NCBI GenBank assembly: GCA_002811645.1
Contig: PDIP01000002.1
Location: forward strand, 184,062 to 248,061
Origin: Corallochytrium limacisporum Hawaii
Lineage: Eukaryota; Protista; Pluriformea
Direction: 5' to 3'
Length of the DNA stretch: 64,000 bases
The stretch's first letter is position 1. Each line of letters starts with the position of its first letter. The position numbers and the translations under genes were made by a program. The notes under the pieces are model-generated. The model was not told the DNA's origin, did no database searches, and worked only from the letters and a program-made list of their open reading frames with translations. This document shows positions 57,462-64,000 of the stretch, one piece after another.

Positions 57462-58838
57462 TCAGCTGTGGAACCAGTCAAGGAACAGAAGACAAAAACT
57501 GAGAATCATGATAAACGTCAGAGCCCATATCCGGAACCCGACACCAGTGTCGATGGCTTTTTGGATGTACTCATTGCCCTTCATTACATTCTCGTTAGCA
57601 ACAATGGTATCGGTCTGCATATTGTCCAGCTGTTCAGCCTGCTTAATGACGTGGGACGTGAACACCTCCTGAAGATGCGCAATTTCCATGATGGACTTCT
57701 GGATACGGTCAACCTCGTTGGATCGCGCTTGCAGTTCCTCCAAGAGCGCCTGGTTCTCCTCAACCAACATCTGTTCGTCCTCTTTGCTCAATGGGGCTGC
57801 CTGAAAGATGTTGTCCTCATGATGCTGGCGATGTAGCTCTTCCATGACGACTGGAGTGGACTGGACTGACCGTTGGATATCGGTGTCATTCTGGGTTGAT
57901 GATGCTGATGGTGATGAATACTGCTGAGCTGCGGGTGACGACAATGTCTTAGCTTTCTGTTTGTGGTCTTCTTCGACATGAGCAGCAGCTGCCGTTAGTC
58001 CGGAATTGATAACTGTGTCCGACGCAGACGATTCCTGCTTTAAGCGTTCCTTGGTGGCTCGGAAATATTCCTCTTCGCGATCTCGCGCCTCCTTGATCAA
58101 TTCGTCCATGGTCGGAGGCCTGGCGCGCTTCTTTAGCTTCCTTTTAGACGACATTCTACTGTCGTCACCATTACCGTCTTCGTCATTCTCTTCGCCGCTA
58201 TCGTCAATGGCTTCTTCCTCGTCCGTATCATAGGCCTCACCGCGGTCGTGTGCGTCCTTTCGAGCGAGCAGTTCCGTGAGCGTACCCGCAAATGCCCTCT
58301 GCTTCTTCTTCGACTTCAGATCCTCAGTCCCTTCCGCGGACTGCAACAAACCGATTCCGCTTGCGTCGTGGGTTTCGATGTTGTTTACGACGCGCTCGCT
58401 CTTCATCTTCAGATGCCGTTGCACCTGATCATCGACGAACTGCTCCAGGATCTCTACGATCTTGAGCGCGTGTTGCCGCATCTGCAGTGATCCGCGGGCT
58501 CGGGGATAGCTCTTCGCCAGATCGCTGATGCTGGCAATGTTCTGCCGTGTTTCTTGGATCATTGCAGTAATAGCCTTGTCAGCCTCGTCCTTTTCCACTT
58601 CCGCATTGACCGCGTCCTGTTCGAGGTCGAAGGTTCCGACTGCCCGGGTGTACGCACTCCACTGCCGATCCATGAAACTATGAATGCCCGATATTTGTTT
58701 GGCCACCGCATTCGCACTTTTCACAAACTGTGCTGCGGGGCTGTAGGGATCCCTCTTTCTTGGCTTGCTCAGGATGCTGGCTCCAAGGCGCTTACGAGCC
58801 CTTTCAACGGCCTCGGCAAAGTCAGAGTTGCGGTTCAT
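57462..58838 (-). CDS. STX18: Syntaxin-18/Ufe1 (ER Qa-SNARE)
   Basis: 458 aa from the ATG at 58838; LSKEDEQMLVEENQALL..EVDRIQKSIMEIAHLQEVFTSHVIKQAEQLD..NVMKGNE; C-terminal TM FRIWALTFIMILSFCLLFLDWF. Confidence 0.92.
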   Translation of the reverse strand: MNRNSDFAEAVERARKRLGASILSKPRKRDPYSPAAQFVKSANAVAKQISGIHSFMDRQWSAYTRAVGTFDLEQDAVNAEVEKDEADKAITAMIQETRQNIASISDLAKSYPRARGSLQMRQHALKIVEILEQFVDDQVQRHLKMKSERVVNNIETHDASGIGLLQSAEGTEDLKSKKKQRAFAGTLTELLARKDAHDRGEAYDTDEEEAIDDSGEENDEDGNGDDSRMSSKRKLKKRARPPTMDELIKEARDREEEYFRATKERLKQESSASDTVINSGLTAAAAHVEEDHKQKAKTLSSPAAQQYSSPSASSTQNDTDIQRSVQSTPVVMEELHRQHHEDNIFQAAPLSKEDEQMLVEENQALLEELQARSNEVDRIQKSIMEIAHLQEVFTSHVIKQAEQLDNMQTDTIVANENVMKGNEYIQKAIDTGVGFRIWALTFIMILSFCLLFLDWFHS

Positions 58839-59123
58839 AGTTGCAATGATCCAAAACAACGACTTTGACACTAGAAATTTAACCCAATAGTTATTTTGAA
58901 GCACTTACATCCTGTTAACCTATTGCACAATCATCCATCTCTGGTATACATTTAACCATACATTGTTGTCATCGGTCCTCACAACGGTTCTTATTCTCAT
59001 CTAACACATGCTATGAGGAAGAGCCACTGAGCGGTTGAAATACGTGACTCAAACATTGTTTTCCGTTGCAAAGATCGCTAAGCAGATCTTACTCTGACCT
59101 GGACAGCCGAACAGAAGTTTAAT

Positions 59124-59486
59124 TGGAACGCGACACGGTACCCCTAAACGCAGTCCGCCACAAACAGAGAAGCACCAGGGCACGGAACCCAAAAACCGCC
59201 ACTGTACGTGCTCAGAGCTTGTCAAGCTCCCCTCTGTTTGCTATGTTTTGGGCCCTGGCTTTCGGACCAACGGGCCCGGCCCCCTTGGGATTTCCTGCGT
59301 CCGAGCGCGGAAAACCCCCCGGGGAGGGGGGAGGCCACTGCGGGGCACCGGCCGAGGAGGGAAGGGAGAGCAGTCGGGGAGTTTTCTTTGCCTGCCTCCC
59401 GCGCACAAGGACGAGAAGGGGGGACAGAGATGGCGAGTAAGGCCCCCCCCCCGGGGGGGGGGGGTTGAGGCGAGTCTGTAGAAGGA
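59124..59486. promoter_or_regulatory. ApT-poor island in the STX18/ATXN7L3 divergent promoter, with a C10G12 palindrome
   Basis: 3 ApT in ~360 bp; C10G12 at 59443-59464. Confidence 0.5.
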
Positions 59487-59794
59487 ATGAGACCTGGACC
59501 CCTCGGCCGTGCTACTTGAACCGAATGAGGACGAGTAAGCTGGCTCGTACAATTGCGAATTGATCAGTTCTCCGAGACGTGAATTTTGGAGTAGAGAATA
59601 AAGGAAAGGCTGACAGAAATAACATTATTGACAACACCAAAAGAGAGTTGGACACACGGTAACCATGTAAGTGAGCGGAAATTTCAATGGAATCAAGTGT
59701 AACGTTTTAGACGTCAAAGGAAAAGAGGAAGAAGAACGGCGAAACAAATCATCGAACTATGTAGAGAGTAAGAAGAAAAGACAAAACAAGCAAT

Positions 59795-61306
59795 ATGCCT
59801 TTCAGCAAAGCAAAAAATGCCGGGAGACTGCGGACGCTGGATCGTCTGCTCGGCCTGCTCAAAGCTCGCATTAAGGGGAAGAGACAAAAACAACCGTCGA
59901 CATCAGCTGGGACATCTTCTGCTTCTCCAGTTGCGCAGGTAGATCAGCAACAAAATGGGTCGACATCATCATGGCATCTCGAGCCCAACGGAAGACTTGA
60001 TGATGCAGAAACACTAGATTTGGATCAGATGGTGGACGAAGTCTACAACGAGATCATTGACCACGTTATCTATGATACTGTCATTCCGGTCCGGCGATTA
60101 TACCACTCCAAACTCACGGCCGCAATTACAGGAGATGACAGTCCCAGCTGCCTTGACTTCACACCGCCTCCGACCGACACTAACGGGCAGATTGTCTCTG
60201 CGAATCCACCGGATATTTATGGCAACCGCCCGGACAGTTCAAGCTTCACCGTGACCTGCGAGACGTGCCAGCGCACTGTTGCTGCATCTCGTTACGCACC
60301 GCACCTGGAAAAGTGCATGGGGATGGGCAGGAATAGTAGTCGGGTAGCACGTAAACGGATCAGTGGGCATCAGTCCCACTCGTCGGCGGCAGCGCACCAG
60401 AATGGAGGCGTCGGAGAGAACTTGAGTGAAAGCGGGGGCCGGACCCTCGGGATCCCGAACAATCGACGATTTGATAGTGGTGGAATCGACAGTGACGGCG
60501 GCTATGTTTCGTCCGACAACGAGGGAGTGGTGTCGAGCGGTCGGCAGCAGCGGTCGAAACGTGGACGTTCGCCGAGTATTTTCGCTGCGAGTGGTGGTGG
60601 GTCGAGTGCAGGTAATGGAGGGACTGGATCACACGCAGCTCTGGTGGGTACACTGACTGATCACATCAGTGCCATCCGCGTACTACAGCAGAATCATTCC
60701 CGGTCCGAGCTGCGCGCAATCCTCGCCAATTCATGCGGGGCAGTCATGGGTGGCGTGGATAGCCCCAGTATGTGCCGTCGGTCGCTGCGCTGTCCGCTGC
60801 ACAGCGCTGGGCAGCGCGAGGACAGTCGAAGGCTTCTCTTGCGACCAGACTCGCGCGGCAACAGCCCCGGGTCGAGCCCGCTCCTTGTGCGACGTGGATC
60901 AACATCGACAGCCGCTGTGACGCAGTACCTCGCCTCTACCATCCGCGAGTCGGCTTCGAGCGTGCGGTCGGCAAGCCCGGAGCTGCCGACCAAGAATGAA
61001 AGCGAATCCGTGCCCGCGGTGATCTTTTCAACGGCCACGGAGGGAGGGGCCGCTGCAAAGCGACGGCGGCTTGCTCTGCACCGCACGGCAACGACTAATG
61101 CCGCATACCGCGCGTCGCACTTGCGGAATTCAAGTACTGCTGTCTCGGCGGCGGTCGCTGCAACTGCCGCTGCGGCTGCCTCCACGGCTGCAGCTGCAAA
61201 GTCTCTACCGTTCACCAAGACCGGAGACGACGCTGATGGTGAGATGGGATGCAGTGACGATGATGAGGACGACCCGGCCAGCACCGATGGAGAGTACCAG
61301 CCGTAG
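59795..61306 (+). CDS. ATXN7L3: SAGA DUB-module subunit Sgf11/ATXN7L3 with SCA7 domain
   Basis: 503 aa; zinc finger CETCQRTVAASRYAPHLEKCMGMGRNSSRVARKRI; SCA7-like ELRAILANSCG..MCRRSLRCPLHSAGQR. Confidence 0.9.
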   Translation: MPFSKAKNAGRLRTLDRLLGLLKARIKGKRQKQPSTSAGTSSASPVAQVDQQQNGSTSSWHLEPNGRLDDAETLDLDQMVDEVYNEIIDHVIYDTVIPVRRLYHSKLTAAITGDDSPSCLDFTPPPTDTNGQIVSANPPDIYGNRPDSSSFTVTCETCQRTVAASRYAPHLEKCMGMGRNSSRVARKRISGHQSHSSAAAHQNGGVGENLSESGGRTLGIPNNRRFDSGGIDSDGGYVSSDNEGVVSSGRQQRSKRGRSPSIFAASGGGSSAGNGGTGSHAALVGTLTDHISAIRVLQQNHSRSELRAILANSCGAVMGGVDSPSMCRRSLRCPLHSAGQREDSRRLLLRPDSRGNSPGSSPLLVRRGSTSTAAVTQYLASTIRESASSVRSASPELPTKNESESVPAVIFSTATEGGAAAKRRRLALHRTATTNAAYRASHLRNSSTAVSAAVAATAAAAASTAAAAKSLPFTKTGDDADGEMGCSDDDEDDPASTDGEYQP

Positions 61307-61446
61307 CGTACGCACACGAGAAATTGTAAAAGATGTATATATAGTTTATGTTTCCTAACAACACGGTTAATCATGAGACCTAATCATCACGACGATGGTA
61401 GCTATGTCTAGATTTCTTTATAGGTGTGCAATGGTGATGGTCTAAT

Positions 61447-62862
61447 TCAGTACATGTACACCATCACTATAACTAGGCTGGCAACAATGCCAAGAAGAAC
61501 CGCAAAGTGCTGCATAAGATAGGTCCGCACCACTCGGTATTCCCGTACGACAGCATTGTTGCGCCTGAAGACCTCTTTGCTCTCATTAAGCAGGCGGGCC
61601 AGCTCTTTGTCAGACAGCGAATGACCTGCGGTGTTCACGATTTCGCGCAGACGTTGCTTCAATTCTTTGCGGTCGCCGTCGTAGTCGGTGAGATCAAATG
61701 TCTCAGTGCCCCGAACCTTGTCAAGCCGATCAAGTTGGAAAGACTTGCGAACAATCTTCCGGACAGTGAAGCCACCACTGAAGACTGCCATGTACAAGTA
61801 CCAGCCATACGCGAGCAGAAGCACTGGGTCTCGCTTGCCAATGTCCTGGAGATGCCGAATATACGCATTTGTCGAAGAGAGTGGTTCGCAGCTCGGATTG
61901 CGACGTGCCCACTCCTGCATCAAGCTGGTAGGCAGCAGGTCACCGGAAGTGTACTGAGAGAGCAGCGATTCTTCAGGTACATCTGGCGAGTCTCGGAAGG
62001 ACTGAGGGCCAAAGCTTATCGACGGCAGCGACTCCGCAGAGTTCGGAGATGTGCTGTCGGTATCTGCCCTGTCCCGGCGGTGAGCGCTCACTTTCGAGGT
62101 GGGGGTAGGCTGACTGGCACCATCAGCTCCCCATCTCTTGCGCAGATTGCTGAAGATTCTGCTGTCATTCGTTCCATTCATCGTCCACTGTCTTCCGCCG
62201 CCCTCCTTCAATTTGCCATCCGATCCGTGTGTCTCTTTTCCAATCTGCCCATCAAAACCTTGCAGCTGCGCCTGCAGCGCTGTAGGGCCATCGTCCGAAT
62301 CGTTTTGGTTCCCACGAAGATTAAGCGATGGCAGTATTGAAGTGTGGCCAAGCAAAAAGTTTACATCACGGATGAAATACTCTGTTCGTAGGATGCCCTT
62401 TGCGTGTACCAAGACGAACGCAAAGTCTGCGATCACCGAAGGTGCCCCGTCCCAGTTCACAACGCAGCGCGCCAGCTCCTGATCTAGTGCTGCAAAAATA
62501 TATGCAAATTGAGCCAAAGCTCCGACGTAGAGGCCCATATCAAAGAGCACGAGTAGTAGTCGACTATTCACGAGCTTGTCGCTGACGTCGTGAATGTTCC
62601 GAGTCTCTTCCCGCATAAGATCAGTAAGATTGCGTACTTGGACATCGCCTTCAGAATCCTCATCTGTAGTCCAGCCCTGGGGTTGGTGCTGCTGCTGTCC
62701 TAGTGTTTCAAACGCTTTAGCTTTGGTTTTGTCATTGGTGGCCACCCTTTCGGCTGTGGTAGCGCCGAACAGATCAGTCAATTTGCGATTCTGGACATAC
62801 CTATGGTCGTCCTCAAGTTGCCTCGCTTTGAGGTTCTGTTCCTTTAACTTCCCAATCGTCAT
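61447..62862 (-). CDS. Heme oxygenase (invertebrate-type), C-terminally anchored
   Basis: 471 aa from the ATG at 62862; MREETRNIHDVSDKLVN (proximal His), YIRHL..PVLLLAYGWYLYMAVFSGG, ESKEVFRRNN; C-terminal TM. Confidence 0.85.
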   Translation of the reverse strand: MTIGKLKEQNLKARQLEDDHRYVQNRKLTDLFGATTAERVATNDKTKAKAFETLGQQQHQPQGWTTDEDSEGDVQVRNLTDLMREETRNIHDVSDKLVNSRLLLVLFDMGLYVGALAQFAYIFAALDQELARCVVNWDGAPSVIADFAFVLVHAKGILRTEYFIRDVNFLLGHTSILPSLNLRGNQNDSDDGPTALQAQLQGFDGQIGKETHGSDGKLKEGGGRQWTMNGTNDSRIFSNLRKRWGADGASQPTPTSKVSAHRRDRADTDSTSPNSAESLPSISFGPQSFRDSPDVPEESLLSQYTSGDLLPTSLMQEWARRNPSCEPLSSTNAYIRHLQDIGKRDPVLLLAYGWYLYMAVFSGGFTVRKIVRKSFQLDRLDKVRGTETFDLTDYDGDRKELKQRLREIVNTAGHSLSDKELARLLNESKEVFRRNNAVVREYRVVRTYLMQHFAVLLGIVASLVIVMVYMY

Positions 62863-63479
62863 ATTTCCGTTATTCACTAAGTGAGCCTACTACTACTAGT
62901 CTTTGTTCCCTTGTCTTTTGACAAGTATGTCAACTTGTAATTGAACGTCTATCATGTCTTTATCAGTCTTTTTGGTATTTCTCTCTGACAATTCTGTGAT
63001 GTAAATCCCCTTTTATGCCATATTCTTGTCATCCTTGTACCATTTACTCTATAAACCTTCATTTACCTTGCCTTCCACTTAGATCATGCTCGAAAATCAA
63101 AGCAAACTCCGTGCAATATAGTCATCAACACATCGCCAACCGATGGTGTATCGGTTTCAATTGGCCCGCACATAACTCGCCCAGCGCCCGTTTCCTCCCA
63201 AAAGGGAAGTTAAATCTTCCCGCTTTATTCAAATCGACTTTCATTTTTCTTCCCCGTGTGCCTGGGTGCTTGGGGCAGTGCGTTGTCGAACGGGCCATAT
63301 GCCAACCCAACATCAGACAATAGCGTATAACTGGCCCCTTGCGCACAACTTATCTTCGTCCGTGCAACTCAGGAAATCGTGTCCCCAGAAGCGGAAAGAA
63401 CTTCCGAAAACCACCACGTCACAATCTCTCAAGCCCACAAAGAGGCAAAGGGGGACTCCCACCTGTATTTGTCCCGGAT

Positions 63480-63932
63480 CTTGGCACGAAGGAAGGCAAC
63501 AAGGACAACCGGGAACTGAGTGGGACTACAACAGGAACGACAGAAAGCGTTGGTATCCGCGAAACGCGCGACCGACGACGACAAGCACGCAGCAAACGCG
63601 CACCAGAACGTTACACAAGTGCGGGACCGGAGGCGAGAGCGGCGGTGCAGATGTAAATCTCGAGGAAACGGCCGGAGAGTCGGTCGCACGCCAACTAACT
63701 GTCCATTCTTTCACCGTCTTGCAACCCGATGGACCAGCCAAACCCCAATCCTCCTGGCCGCGTAGTGAGTGATGCCTCCGTCGCACTGACGCCCAGCAGG
63801 GGAATCCCTACGCCCTCTACCGCCCCTCCCGGCTTCCAACTCCTCTACCTGCACCGCCTTCTCCTTCTGCCCAGACCGCAAAGGAGGGGGGGGGAGCCAC
63901 CCACAACCGACACTTCTTCCCAACCGGAACGA
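63480..63932. promoter_or_regulatory. ApT-poor region upstream of heme oxygenase
   Basis: Several ApT-free blocks, the longest 63806-63932 (127 bp) with a G-run. Confidence 0.4.
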
Positions 63933-64000
63933 ATACCACCCTCTGTCTGAGAATATTGTATCAAATCTACTCATTTTGATTTAGCTCTGCCGTCGCTTGG

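Noticed and set aside
61507-62340. 277-aa plus-strand ORF
   Set aside because: Antisense to heme oxygenase

Overview
Compact eukaryotic genomic DNA in which every recognisable gene is intronless. Gene content (MMAA, SCA7-bearing ATXN7L3, TMEM218, crescerin/TOGARAM, ACTR10) points to a unicellular holozoan; a Corallochytrium-like organism is my inference. I call 16 intact genes: HMGCL, ACTR10, RRP12, MED31, NTF2, CPSF4, TRAPPC8, RAP1, VPS34, MMAA, PABP, TMEM218, TOM40, STX18, ATXN7L3/SGF11 and a heme oxygenase. All protein assignments come from recalled motifs, not from database searches. Two patterns stand out. (1) GC-rich islands almost devoid of the ApT dinucleotide (up to 396 bp with none) lie mostly 270-620 bp upstream of the ATG of every intact gene (about 1.1 kb for TMEM218). 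They are absent from all six convergent intergenic spacers and alternate with dense ApT clusters. This looks like the sequence footprint of an ApT adenine-methylation (6mA) promoter/chromatin system. (2) Gene decay is under way: the ciliary crescerin/TOGARAM gene is broken at its 5' end while the transition-zone gene TMEM218 is intact, and a ~15 kb ORF-poor block (6.6-21.7 kb) holds gene remnants such as ARM repeats plus orphan promoter islands. All four N-gaps start at poly-C runs. I found no rRNA, tRNA, CRISPR array or recognisable transposon.
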